From an uncultured bacterium (GTDB taxonomy: Bacteria; Omnitrophota; Gorgyraeia; Duberdicusellales; CBEUCJ01): a stretch of 64,000 bases of DNA. Under the pieces are notes generated by a model, which worked only from the letters and a program-made list of their open reading frames with translations, was not told the DNA's origin and ran no database searches. Made by a program: the position numbers and the translations under genes. Below, in pieces: positions 1-12,109 of the stretch. The stretch covers positions 31,795 through 95,794 of the forward strand of contig CBEUCJ010000002.1 in assembly GCA_965541615.1 (NCBI GenBank), read 5' to 3'. Within the stretch, counting starts at the first letter, position 1, and every line of letters begins with the position of its first letter.

Positions 1-58
1 AAGAATTATAAAGAGATTTTGAGTTTTTATTATCCAGGTTCAGAATTAAAAAAAATAA

Positions 59-78
<20 letters not shown>
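1..78 (+). CDS. 3' end of a SpoIID/LytB-domain protein (partial, starts before window)
   Basis: Frame 1 reads KNYKEILSFYYPGSELKKINEDFRF*; Y.EIL..YYPG is the typical SpoIID/LytB C-terminal motif and such genes often precede queA. Not in the ORF track. Confidence 0.7.
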
Positions 79-2843
<2,765 letters not shown>

Positions 2844-2851
<8 letters not shown>

Positions 2852-3197
2852 ATTGGCAAAGTTTGAAGAAAAAGAATTAGAAAGACTTAAAAAAGAAAAA
2901 GAAATCCCTGATTTTAAGACAGGTGATACTGTAAGAGTTTATGTAAAAGTAACAGAGCAAGATAAAGTAAGAATCCATCCTTTTGAGGGTATAGTTATAA
3001 GCATACAAGGTGCAAGACACAGAAAGACATTTACTGTAAGAAAGATATCTTTTGGAGAAGGAGTAGAAAGGACATTTCCTTTGTATTCTCCTTCTATTGA
3101 AAAGATAGAGGTATTGAAAAGAGGAAAAGTTAGAAGGAAAAAACTTTATTATTTGAGAGAAAGAGTAGGTAAAAAAGCAAAAGTTAAATCTGCTTAA
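2844..3197 (+). CDS. rplS: 50S ribosomal protein L19
   Basis: [38 protein letters not shown]; follows trmD. Confidence 0.98.
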
Positions 3198-3203
3198 AAA
3201 AGG

Positions 3204-3554
3204 ATGATAAAAGGTAAAATTTATGAAGATTTGGCAGTAAAGTTTTTAAAAGAAAATAGATTTAAAATCATTGAGAGAAATTTCAGGTGTAGGTTTGGAG
3301 AAATAGACATAATAGCTAAAGAAAAAAATATACTTTGTTTTATAGAGGTTAAGAAAAGAAAAGGAAATTCTTTAGTAAAATCTTATGAAGCTGTGGATAA
3401 AAGAAAAAGAGAAAAAATACTAAAGACTTCTCTTTTTTATCTTAATCAATGTAAAGAAAAGTTTAGTAATGTAAGATATGATGTAGTTTGCTTAGAAGAA
3501 AAAAATGGAAAAATACTTTTAGATTTGATAAAAGGAGCTTTCTGTTTTGATTGA
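3204..3554 (+). CDS. yraN: YraN (UPF0102) family putative endonuclease
   Basis: G..YE..A..FL, IIERNFRCRFGEIDII, FIEVK, RYDVV. Confidence 0.92.
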   Translation: MIKGKIYEDLAVKFLKENRFKIIERNFRCRFGEIDIIAKEKNILCFIEVKKRKGNSLVKSYEAVDKRKREKILKTSLFYLNQCKEKFSNVRYDVVCLEEKNGKILLDLIKGAFCFD

Positions 3555-4110
3555 AATAGAAGAATTTACCAAAAAGCTTTCTGAAAAAACCCCTACTCCT
3601 GGTGGAGGTTCTGTTTTAGGAGTTTTGTCAGCTTTAGGAGTATCTTTGATATCTATGAGTTTGAGATTTTCAATCAAAGAAGATTCTGAGAAAACTTTAG
3701 AGATAAGAGAGTTATTAAAATTTTTAAATAAAAAAAGGATATTTTTTTTAAGATATATTAGAAAAGATCAAATTTCCTATTTAAAAAAAGATGATTTTAA
3801 AAGTGCAAGTGTTGTTCTAAAAGAATTATTAGAATCTATAGAAGAGACGGCAAAAAAATTAAAGAATATTTTTAAAGTATTGAATAAAAATCTTATTTCA
3901 GATTTTTATCTGGGTCTAAAATTATTAGAATTCTCTTATAAAGGAGCAGTTTTGATATTAAAAGAAAATTATATTTTTACAAAAAAGAGTAAAACATTTA
4001 TAAAAAATTTAATAAAAAAATTTGATAAAAAAAATATATTTGATTTCAAAGAGATAGATAAATTTTTAGAAAAAAGATATGGCAATTTTATTAGAGGGAA
4101 AAAAATTTAA
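3547..4110 (+). CDS. Cyclodeaminase/cyclohydrolase family protein (FchA-like methenyl-THF cyclohydrolase), TTG start
   Basis: F...LS..TPTPGGGSV...ALG.SL..M N-terminal motif of the FTCD_C family; directly upstream of folD; C-terminal half divergent. Confidence 0.8.
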   Translation: MIEIEEFTKKLSEKTPTPGGGSVLGVLSALGVSLISMSLRFSIKEDSEKTLEIRELLKFLNKKRIFFLRYIRKDQISYLKKDDFKSASVVLKELLESIEETAKKLKNIFKVLNKNLISDFYLGLKLLEFSYKGAVLILKENYIFTKKSKTFIKNLIKKFDKKNIFDFKEIDKFLEKRYGNFIRGKKI

Positions 4111-4912
4111 AAAAGAACTTTTGGAGGAATTAAAAGAGAAAAGAAAGAAAATCAAAAATATAAAATTAGTCAATATTTATGTTGAGAAAAGAGCAGATTT
4201 AGAGATTTATATAAAAGAACAAAAAAAATTGTCTCAGATTTTAGAAGTAGATTTTATAGAGATGAATTTAAAAAGAGAAGAAGAAATAATTCAAAAGATT
4301 AAAGTCTTAAATTCAGATCCTCAAATAACAGGTATCTTTATTCAGCATCCTTTACCTAAGGGATTTAATTATTTTAAAATAATTGAAGTTATTTCTCCCT
4401 TAAAGGATGTTGAAGGAATTACTCCCCAAAATTTAGGTCAGATTTTTTTAGGTAAGCCTTTTTTGATACCCCCTCCAGCTTTTGCAGCTTATTTTTTAAT
4501 AAAATCTACAAAAGTAGATTTGAAAGGAAAACAAGCTGTAATAATTGGACATTCAGAGATTATAGGAAAGCCTTTAGCGCACTTGTTGTTAAATGAATTA
4601 TGTACAGTAAGTATCTGTCACATAGCTACTTTTAATTCTGGAAAATTATTTGACTACACCAAAGTTGCTGACATTTTATGTGTAGGAGTGGGTAAACCTT
4701 CTTTAATAAAAGCTTCTCATATTAAAGAAGGTAGTATTATAATAGACTTAGGAGTAAATAAAGTTCAGGATAAAATTATAGGAGATGTTGAATTTGAATC
4801 TGCAACAAAGAAAGCAAGTTTTCTTACTCCAGTACCTGGAGGAGTAGGCCCTTTAACATCTGTTTTTTTATTTAAAAATTTATTTAAGTTAGCAGAGTTA
4901 AATGGAGTTTAA
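4079..4912 (+). CDS. folD: Methylene-THF dehydrogenase (FolD family; cyclohydrolase motif altered to YxxxQ)
   Basis: GIFIQHPLP, KDVEG, G.S.IIGKP, IIDLG, GDV, TPVPGGVGPLT. Confidence 0.93.
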   Translation: MAILLEGKKFKKELLEELKEKRKKIKNIKLVNIYVEKRADLEIYIKEQKKLSQILEVDFIEMNLKREEEIIQKIKVLNSDPQITGIFIQHPLPKGFNYFKIIEVISPLKDVEGITPQNLGQIFLGKPFLIPPPAFAAYFLIKSTKVDLKGKQAVIIGHSEIIGKPLAHLLLNELCTVSICHIATFNSGKLFDYTKVADILCVGVGKPSLIKASHIKEGSIIIDLGVNKVQDKIIGDVEFESATKKASFLTPVPGGVGPLTSVFLFKNLFKLAELNGV

Positions 4913-5768
4913 AGAAAAACTTAAAAAAGGAATCTTTGTAAAGACTTTGGAAGTTTCTCCTCCCAAAGGTACAGACCTTTCATACTTAATAAAAAAACTT
5001 CAACCTTTTAAAAATAAGATAGATGCTATAAATGTCACAGATAGCCAGAGTGCTGTAATGAGATTAGGAGCATTAGCTGCTTCTTATATTTTAGAAAAAG
5101 AAGGGTTTGAGACGATCTGTCAGCTTACTTGTAGAGATAGAAATAGGATAGCTTTACAACAAGAGTTGTTATCTATGAGTGTTTTGGGTATAAAAAATGT
5201 TTTGATATTAACAGGAGATCATCCAAAATATGGGGATCATCCTCAAGCAAAACCTGTTTTTGATTTAGATTCTATAGAACTAATAGGTGTAGCTAAAAGA
5301 CTAAATGAGGGAGTAGATATGGCAGGAAAAAAATTAAACAAACCTACTCAGCTTTTTATAGGAGGAGCTTTTAACCCTAATGTTGAACCTCAAAAGAAAG
5401 AGTTGAAAAGATTAGAAAAAAAGATAGAAAATGGAGCTCAATTCTTCCAATCGCAAGCTTTTTTTGAGCCCAAAAAGTTTATAGAATTTTGCAAAGAGGC
5501 TAATAAATTTAAAAAACCTCTTATTGCAGGTATACTGTTTTTAAAATCGTTAAAGACTGCTAAATTTATATCAGAAAATATATCAGGAGTGTATGTTCCT
5601 CAAAGAATAATAAGAAAATTAGAGACTGCTCAAAATGAAAGAACTCAAGCGATTCAAATAGCAAAGGATTTGATTTTAGAAGTGAAAGATTACGTGCAAG
5701 GAGTCCACTTTATGTTTTTGGGAGATTTTGAAGCTGTTTTAGAGATTTTAGAGGAATTAAAATTATGA
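4902..5768 (+). CDS. metF: Methylenetetrahydrofolate reductase
   Basis: EVSPPKG, AINVTD, QLTCRDRNRIALQ, LILTGD, KKIENGAQFFQSQ. Confidence 0.93.
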   Translation: MEFKEKLKKGIFVKTLEVSPPKGTDLSYLIKKLQPFKNKIDAINVTDSQSAVMRLGALAASYILEKEGFETICQLTCRDRNRIALQQELLSMSVLGIKNVLILTGDHPKYGDHPQAKPVFDLDSIELIGVAKRLNEGVDMAGKKLNKPTQLFIGGAFNPNVEPQKKELKRLEKKIENGAQFFQSQAFFEPKKFIEFCKEANKFKKPLIAGILFLKSLKTAKFISENISGVYVPQRIIRKLETAQNERTQAIQIAKDLILEVKDYVQGVHFMFLGDFEAVLEILEELKL

Positions 5769-6679
5769 AGATTTTAATAATAGGAGCTTCATTTTCAGGA
5801 ATAATGCTTGCACAAAGATTAAAAGAATTAAATCCTCATTTAGATATAGAATTAATAACTAAAGACCGGAACCCTTATAAAAAAAATCTTCTTTTAAAAT
5901 TTTTAAAAAATCAGATAAGATCAAAAGAACTTTTATTTTCTTTAGAAGGGTTGAATGTGATAAGAGGGAAAAAGGCAGTTAAGATAAATTTAAATAAAAG
6001 AGTTATCTTATTAGAAGATAATTCTAAAAAAAGTTTTGATATTTTGGTAATCTGTACAGGTTCAAGACCTAAATATTTAGGTGTTCCTGGAATCCACAAG
6101 AGAGGGGTAGTCTGTCTCTATACTTTAGAAGATATAAAGTTTATAAAAGATTCAAAAGATTTCTCTCGACATGTTATTTTGTACTTAAAGACTAAGTTGG
6201 GTTTAGAGATTTTAGATTTATTTTTAGATAAAAAAGATAATTTTAAAATAATAATCCCTGTTTTGAATATATTTAAAGAATCTGAAATTTCAAATATTTT
6301 AGAGTTATCTAAAAGAGAGAAGATAGATGTTTTATTAGAAAGAGATGTAAAACAAATAATTGGTAATGGAGATGTAAAAGCAGTAGAATTAGATACAGGT
6401 AAAATAATAGCTTGCGATCTTTTTATTACTGATACGGGTCTAAAGCCTAATTTAGAGATTTTGAGAAATACAAATTTAGAAACAGAAGACTATTTAAAAG
6501 TTAATGAGAATTTTGAGACAAATATCGAAGGAGTGTATGGTTTGGGAGATGTGATAAGAGAAGATTTAGAAGAAGCTATAGATTTTTCTGGAAGTATAGA
6601 GAGAATTAGAACATGTGCATTTAAGTTAGCTCAGATTATCTTTGAAAAAGTTAAGTCGAATTCTTTAATCAGCTATTAA
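5765..6679 (+). CDS. FAD-dependent pyridine nucleotide-disulfide oxidoreductase-like protein (degenerate NAD-binding motif)
   Basis: KILIIGASFSG, DILVICTGS.P, V.ENFETNIEGVYGLGD; second GxGxxG absent. Confidence 0.8.
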   Translation: MKILIIGASFSGIMLAQRLKELNPHLDIELITKDRNPYKKNLLLKFLKNQIRSKELLFSLEGLNVIRGKKAVKINLNKRVILLEDNSKKSFDILVICTGSRPKYLGVPGIHKRGVVCLYTLEDIKFIKDSKDFSRHVILYLKTKLGLEILDLFLDKKDNFKIIIPVLNIFKESEISNILELSKREKIDVLLERDVKQIIGNGDVKAVELDTGKIIACDLFITDTGLKPNLEILRNTNLETEDYLKVNENFETNIEGVYGLGDVIREDLEEAIDFSGSIERIRTCAFKLAQIIFEKVKSNSLISY

Positions 6680-6681
6680 AG

Positions 6682-7905
6682 ATGGAGTTTAAAGATATAA
6701 TCCCTTTTAAAGGAATTTATTTTAATGAGAAGAAGATAAAGAACTTAGATAAGGTGTTCTGTCCTATTTATGATCTGATAAGTTCTGAGAAAGAGAAGTT
6801 TTATAAGAAAGCTTCTAAATACAATGTAATAAATCTTATATTAAGAAAACCTCCCACACATAATGAATATAAAAAAGCAAGAGAGCTTGTAAAAGAATGG
6901 TTGGACAAAAATATACTTATAAAAGAAAAAGAGGATAAAATTTATCCTTTAGAGATAGAATATTCAAAGAAAAGATTAAAAGGATTTTTTGCTCTTTTGA
7001 ATGTTAAGCCTTTTAAGACTAAGATTTATGCTCACGAAAAAACCCACACTTTTCCTATTAAAGATAGATTTTTATTATTGAAATCTACTCAATTTAATTT
7101 TTGTTCCATATTTTTGGCTTCTTTGAATAAAAATTTGATTATAAAAGACTTCTTTGAGAAAAATATAAAAAAATTCGATAGGATACTTTGTGTTCAAGAT
7201 AATTTTAAAAATAAATTTAAATTATTCTCTTTAAAAGTAGATTCTACAGTAGAAGATTTTCTCTTTTCTTTGAAAGAATTTCTCATAGCAGATGGTCATC
7301 ATAGGTTTAAAGTAGCTTTGAATTATGCAGATTACTTAAACAAGAAGAATTCAGAGTTTTCAAAATCAGCTCAATATATATTAGCCTTCTTTACAGATTT
7401 TTTTCAAGAAGGTTTGTATTTAGGAACATTCCATAGGATAATCAGGCTAAACTTAAAAGATGAAGATTTTTTTAAGAGATTGGAGAATTATTTTAAAATA
7501 AAAAAGATGAGTTCAGTTAAAAAGTTTTTGAATAATAGTAGGAATCAGAATTCTTTAAAGATAGGTTTGGTAACTGCAAATAAGAAATGTATTTTAGAGC
7601 CTACAGAGAGAATAAGAAAGAAAGAGTTTAAAGATTTTGAAGTTTTATTTTTGCATGAATTCTTATTTAAAAAAGTATTAAATTTAAATTTAAAAGAGCA
7701 AGATATAATTTATACTCCTTCAGCAGAAGAAGCAATATCTAAAATTGATAGTCACACAAAAAGTTTTTTATTAAGGCCTTTTAAAAAAGAGAAGGTACTT
7801 AAAATTGTAAAAAGAAATAAATTGTTTCCTCAAAAAAGTACATATTTTTATCCTAAGTTGTTGACAGGTTTAGTAATGAGAGATTTAAGAGATGGGATTA
7901 TTTAA
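6682..7905 (+). CDS. DUF1015 family protein
   Basis: I.PFKG, P.YD.IS, HEKT, IADGHHR, PQKSTYFYPKLLTGL. Confidence 0.9.
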   Translation: MEFKDIIPFKGIYFNEKKIKNLDKVFCPIYDLISSEKEKFYKKASKYNVINLILRKPPTHNEYKKARELVKEWLDKNILIKEKEDKIYPLEIEYSKKRLKGFFALLNVKPFKTKIYAHEKTHTFPIKDRFLLLKSTQFNFCSIFLASLNKNLIIKDFFEKNIKKFDRILCVQDNFKNKFKLFSLKVDSTVEDFLFSLKEFLIADGHHRFKVALNYADYLNKKNSEFSKSAQYILAFFTDFFQEGLYLGTFHRIIRLNLKDEDFFKRLENYFKIKKMSSVKKFLNNSRNQNSLKIGLVTANKKCILEPTERIRKKEFKDFEVLFLHEFLFKKVLNLNLKEQDIIYTPSAEEAISKIDSHTKSFLLRPFKKEKVLKIVKRNKLFPQKSTYFYPKLLTGLVMRDLRDGII

Positions 7906-8734
7906 AAAAAGACTTAAATACACCATAGTAAGAATTAAGAAAAAGAATATCCCAGATGGGTTATGGGTAAGATGTGAAAAATGTCTAAAGATAATATTTA
8001 AAAAAACACTCTTAGAAAACTTAAAAGTATGTCCACATTGTAATTATCATTTCCCTTTGACTGCCTATGAGAGAATAGACCTTTTAATAGATAAAGGTAC
8101 TTTTCAAGAGTATGATAAAGTTTTGGCTCCTTTAGATCCTTTAAATTTTAAGGGTCCAAAAAGTTACATAGAAAAACTATCCCAAGATCAGCAAAAAACT
8201 GGTTTAAAAGATGCTGCTGTCACAGGAAGAGGAAAGTTAAATGGCAAAGATATAGTTATAGGAGTCACAGACTCAAGATTTATTATGGGATCTATGGGTT
8301 CTGTAGTTGGAGAAAAGATTACTAGAATCGCAGAAAAAGCTTTAGAGTTTAAAATACCTCTAATAATTGTTTCTGGATCTGGAGGAGGAGCAAGGATGTA
8401 TGAAGGAATGTTAAGTTTAATGCAGATGGCAAAGACTTCAGCTGTTTTATCAAAACTCCATTCAGAAAGAATTCCTTACATCTCAGTACTGACTCATCCT
8501 ACAATGGCAGGAGTTATGGCTTCTTTTGCAGGTTTAGGAGATATAATTATAGCTGAACCTGACAGTCTAATAGGATTTACAGGACCTAGAGTTATCGAGC
8601 AGACTATAAAGCAAAAATTACCTCCAGGATTTCAAAGATCAGAATTTATGTTAGAGCATGGCTTAATTGATATTGTAGTTGAGAGAAAAGAATTAAAAAG
8701 AGTTATCTCTCTTATTTTGGAGTATCTGGCTTGA
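7892..8734 (+). CDS. accD: Acetyl-CoA carboxylase carboxyltransferase beta subunit
   Basis: PDGLW..C..C...CPHC.YHF zinc finger, GSMGSVVGEKI, GARMYEG.LSLMQMAK, GFQRSEF..EHG. Confidence 0.97.
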   Translation: MGLFKKRLKYTIVRIKKKNIPDGLWVRCEKCLKIIFKKTLLENLKVCPHCNYHFPLTAYERIDLLIDKGTFQEYDKVLAPLDPLNFKGPKSYIEKLSQDQQKTGLKDAAVTGRGKLNGKDIVIGVTDSRFIMGSMGSVVGEKITRIAEKALEFKIPLIIVSGSGGGARMYEGMLSLMQMAKTSAVLSKLHSERIPYISVLTHPTMAGVMASFAGLGDIIIAEPDSLIGFTGPRVIEQTIKQKLPPGFQRSEFMLEHGLIDIVVERKELKRVISLILEYLA

Positions 8735-8758
8735 CGTTTTTAGAATTACTTTTATAAT
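8731..8758 (+). promoter_or_regulatory. Sigma70-type promoter for the ABC ATPase/GGDEF run
   Basis: TTGACG (8731-8736), 16-nt spacer, TATAAT (8753-8758); ATG 9 nt downstream with no Shine-Dalgarno. Confidence 0.65.
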
Positions 8759-8767
8759 TTTTTTTCT

Positions 8768-9871
8768 ATGGCTCAAGTCAGTTTAGTTAATGTCACCAAA
8801 GTTTATCCAGGAGGAGTAGTAGCAGTCAAAGACGTAAATTTAGGCATTGAAAATAAAGAATTTGTAGTTTTGTTAGGTCCTTCAGGATGTGGTAAATCTA
8901 CGACATTAAGAATGATAGCTGGTTTAGAAAAGGTTACGAAAGGTAAAATTTACATAGGAGATAAATTAGTAAATGATATTCCTCCTAAAGACAGAAATGT
9001 AGCTATGGTATTTCAAAATTATGCTCTGTATCCTCATATGACAGTCTATGAGAATATGGCATTTGGTTTAAAGTTACGTAAGATCCCTAAAGATGAGATT
9101 AAAAAAAGAGTTTTAGAAGCTGCTTCCATTTTGGGGATAAAACATCTTTTAGATAGAAAGCCAAAGGAACTCTCAGGTGGAGAAAGACAAAGAGTAGCTG
9201 TAGGAAGAGCTATTGTAAGAAAACCTTTAGTGTTTTTGTTCGATGAACCTTTGAGTAATTTAGATGCTAAGATGAGGGTACAGATGCGAACTGAACTCCA
9301 TAAACTCCATTTAAGGCTCCAAACTACAATGATTTATGTTACTCATGATCAGATAGAGGCTATGACTTTGGGTAACAGGATAGCTGTAATGAAAGATGGT
9401 CAAATACAACAGTTCGCAGAGCCTTTGGTTGTTTATGAAAATCCTGCAAACAAATTCGTTGCTGGATTTTTAGGTTCTCCTCCTATGAATTTTATGGAAG
9501 GTAGGATTATAAAGATAGAAAGAAAGTATTATTTTGATGAGGGGAGTATAAGATTAAAGATTTCAGAAGATAAATACGAAAAAATTTCTTCTTACGAGGG
9601 GAAAGAAGTTATATTTGGAATAAGACCAGAAAACATTTATGATAAACTCTTTACACCTGAAGCTTCAAAAGAGATCTGTGCAAGGGTAAGGTGTGAAGTT
9701 ACAGAATCTATGGGTTCAGAGACTTATGTGTATTTAAATACTGCCCGCCATAGTTTCATAATGAAGACCTCTCTTAATAACATCCCTGCCATTGGTCAAG
9801 AGTTAGAAGTAGTTTTTGACATGAATAAGGCAAAATTTTTTGATAAAGAAACAGAAGTAACCATTGCATAG
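8768..9871 (+). CDS. Carbohydrate ABC transporter ATP-binding protein (MalK/MsmX/UgpC type)
   Basis: GPSGCGKST, VFQNYALYPHM, LSGGERQRVA, DEPLSNLDA, C-terminal TOBE-like region. Confidence 0.95.
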   Translation: MAQVSLVNVTKVYPGGVVAVKDVNLGIENKEFVVLLGPSGCGKSTTLRMIAGLEKVTKGKIYIGDKLVNDIPPKDRNVAMVFQNYALYPHMTVYENMAFGLKLRKIPKDEIKKRVLEAASILGIKHLLDRKPKELSGGERQRVAVGRAIVRKPLVFLFDEPLSNLDAKMRVQMRTELHKLHLRLQTTMIYVTHDQIEAMTLGNRIAVMKDGQIQQFAEPLVVYENPANKFVAGFLGSPPMNFMEGRIIKIERKYYFDEGSIRLKISEDKYEKISSYEGKEVIFGIRPENIYDKLFTPEASKEICARVRCEVTESMGSETYVYLNTARHSFIMKTSLNNIPAIGQELEVVFDMNKAKFFDKETEVTIA

Positions 9872-11111
9872 AGGATTAAAACTTCTGCTTTTAATAAATC
9901 TTGTATTCTCTGTAATCTTTGGTTCATGCAGTTTAATACTTTTGCCTAAATTTTCTTTTTTTGTTCTCTCTTCATTTATAATCTTTCTTATTTTTGTATT
10001 CTTCATTGAGAGGAGATTTTTAAAAGAAAAAAGAAATTTAGAGATAGAGTTTGAGCATCTTGAAGAGAAGAAAAATCTATTAGAAGAAGAAATCAAAAAA
10101 ATTAACAGTCTTAAAGATCAGCTTCCTACAGAGATAACTCAATATAGAACTTTAGGAGATTTTCAAGTTATGCTTTCAAAGTATTTAGAACCTAATATTT
10201 TATGTAGAGAGTTTTTAAAAAAGATTACAGAAGTATTTTCAGCAGATAATTTTTTAATATATCTTATAAACTTTGAAAAGCAGACTTTAGAACTCAAATT
10301 TTCAAAAAAGACTTCATACATAAAAGAGAAAAAAGGAGATATTATAGATAAACAAGTAGTCTGCACTAACAAACCTATTTTGATAGAAGATATAAAAAAA
10401 GACTTTAGATTTCCGTATGAAGAGTTAACTTCTAAAGATAGATTTTCTTCTTTGATTGCAGCTCCCATTTCAGTAGGAGATAAAGTTTATGGGTTAATAA
10501 GATTGGAATCAGTCAAAGCTTTTAATTTTAACATCTCAGATTTAAGATTTCTTCAAACTTTAACAGAGATCTTTTCGTTAGTCTTAGAAAATAGTTTTCT
10601 TTACAAAAAGATGAAGGATTTGGCTATAAAAGATTCTCTGACAGGTCTGTATTTAAGGAATTATACTTTAGAAAGGTTCAATGAAGAAATAAAAAGAGCA
10701 CAAAAATTTAATAGAGAGATTTCATTGCTTTTGTTAGATATAGATCATTTTAAAAAATGCAATGATACCTATGGACATTTAGTGGGAGATTTAGTTTTAA
10801 AAAATACAGCTGAAGTTATTAAACAGGTAATAGGAGATGCAGGAAATATTATCTGTAGGCTAGGAGGTGAAGAGTTTCTTATAATCTTGCCTAATGTAAA
10901 TTTATCAGGTGCTATAAAAATAGCTGAAGATTTACGCACTCAAATAGAGAGAGATGAGTTTAAGATAAGAAGAAAGACCATAAAAATTACAGTCTCTATT
11001 GGGATAGCTGTTTATCCTAAAGATGGTAAAGACTTTTTTTCTCTTCTTCAAAGAGCAGATAAGAATCTTTATAAAGCTAAAACTTTGGGGAGAAATAAAG
11101 TATGTTATTGA
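9864..11111 (+). CDS. Membrane-anchored GAF-GGDEF diguanylate cyclase (TTG start)
   Basis: Two N-terminal hydrophobic helices, coiled coil, GAF (SLIAAPI...VYGLI), D.LTGL, DIDHFK, GGEEF. Confidence 0.92.
   Translation: MHRGLKLLLLINLVFSVIFGSCSLILLPKFSFFVLSSFIIFLIFVFFIERRFLKEKRNLEIEFEHLEEKKNLLEEEIKKINSLKDQLPTEITQYRTLGDFQVMLSKYLEPNILCREFLKKITEVFSADNFLIYLINFEKQTLELKFSKKTSYIKEKKGDIIDKQVVCTNKPILIEDIKKDFRFPYEELTSKDRFSSLIAAPISVGDKVYGLIRLESVKAFNFNISDLRFLQTLTEIFSLVLENSFLYKKMKDLAIKDSLTGLYLRNYTLERFNEEIKRAQKFNREISLLLLDIDHFKKCNDTYGHLVGDLVLKNTAEVIKQVIGDAGNIICRLGGEEFLIILPNVNLSGAIKIAEDLRTQIERDEFKIRRKTIKITVSIGIAVYPKDGKDFFSLLQRADKNLYKAKTLGRNKVCY
10737..10802 (+). repeat. Copy 1 of a 66-nt near-identical direct repeat (copy 2 at 11705-11770)
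   Basis: gatatagatcattttaaaaaatgcaatgatacctatggacatttagt is identical over 47 nt; 64/66 identity in total by manual comparison. Confidence 0.9.
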
Positions 11112-12076
11112 TTCTTTATGTAATTTCTCTTTTAATTTTCTTGGTTAGCTTGAGGATATACACCAGTTTTGTGCTTATAGATAAAAGATTGAGATTAAAA
11201 TTATTTAATGAAATCTTAAAAGAACTTTCTTTTAAAAAAGAGAGTTTAGATAAAGAATTTAAAGAATTAAATGAGAAGAGTAAACTTTATTTTGAATTTT
11301 TTGAAGCATTAAGAGAACTCTCTTTAATTTCAGAAGAAAAGGAACTTTTCTTAAAGTTTGAAAAGATTTTAAGCAAATTCTATGAGTTTAAAGAGATAAG
11401 GTTCTTTGCATCTAAAGAAGAAGGTCTGTCAGATTTTGAGTATTTTCTGATCCCAGAAAAGAATTTAGGATTTAAATTTTTAGGAATAAAAGGATTCAAA
11501 GCACAAGATACATTTTTCTTAAAAGTCCTTATAAAACAATTTTGTGTATGTTTGAAAAGATTAAGATTGTACAAAGCTATAGAAGAATTAGCTATCTATG
11601 ATTCTTTAACAGGAGTTTTTAGCAGAGCTCATCTTATGGAAAGATTAAAAGATGAGTATTTTAGATCTAAAAAATTTAATCTAAATCTTGGGATATTAAT
11701 GTGTGATATAGATCATTTTAAAAAATGCAATGATACCTATGGACATTTAGTAGGAGATGTAGTTTTAAAAGAAGTTGCCAGATGTATAAAGGATAGTATA
11801 AGAAGTATAGATTTTGTAGGAAGATATGGAGGAGAAGAGTTTTTGGTAGTTTTGCCTGAAGTAGAAAAAAATGATCTAAAGCTTGTAGCTGAAAGAATAT
11901 TAACAGCTGTTAGACAAAAACAAATACAAGCTTACGATGAGATTTTAAAGGTTACTATTAGTATAGGTGGAGCTAATTTTCCTTCTGATTCTCAAGATTT
12001 AACAGAGTTAATAGAAAAAGCAGATAGTAATCTCTATACAGCTAAAAGAACAGGCAGAGATAAAGCGGTTATTTAA
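11102..12076 (+). CDS. Membrane-anchored GGDEF diguanylate cyclase
   Basis: N-terminal TM helix, DSLTG, DIDHFK, RSID (RxxD I-site), GRYGGEEF. Confidence 0.93.
   Translation: MLLILYVISLLIFLVSLRIYTSFVLIDKRLRLKLFNEILKELSFKKESLDKEFKELNEKSKLYFEFFEALRELSLISEEKELFLKFEKILSKFYEFKEIRFFASKEEGLSDFEYFLIPEKNLGFKFLGIKGFKAQDTFFLKVLIKQFCVCLKRLRLYKAIEELAIYDSLTGVFSRAHLMERLKDEYFRSKKFNLNLGILMCDIDHFKKCNDTYGHLVGDVVLKEVARCIKDSIRSIDFVGRYGGEEFLVVLPEVEKNDLKLVAERILTAVRQKQIQAYDEILKVTISIGGANFPSDSQDLTELIEKADSNLYTAKRTGRDKAVI
11705..11770 (+). repeat. Copy 2 of the 66-nt repeat within the second GGDEF gene
   Basis: Matches 10737-10802 except two positions (10784 G vs 11752 A; 10791 T vs 11759 G). Confidence 0.9.
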
Positions 12077-12109
12077 TTCTTTCTTGAAAATAAAGATAAA
12101 GAAGATAAA

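Noticed and set aside
10737-11770. 66-nt repeat as a diversity-generating retroelement TR/VR pair
   Set aside because: No reverse transcriptase in the window, both copies encode a conserved catalytic motif, and only one of two mismatches involves A
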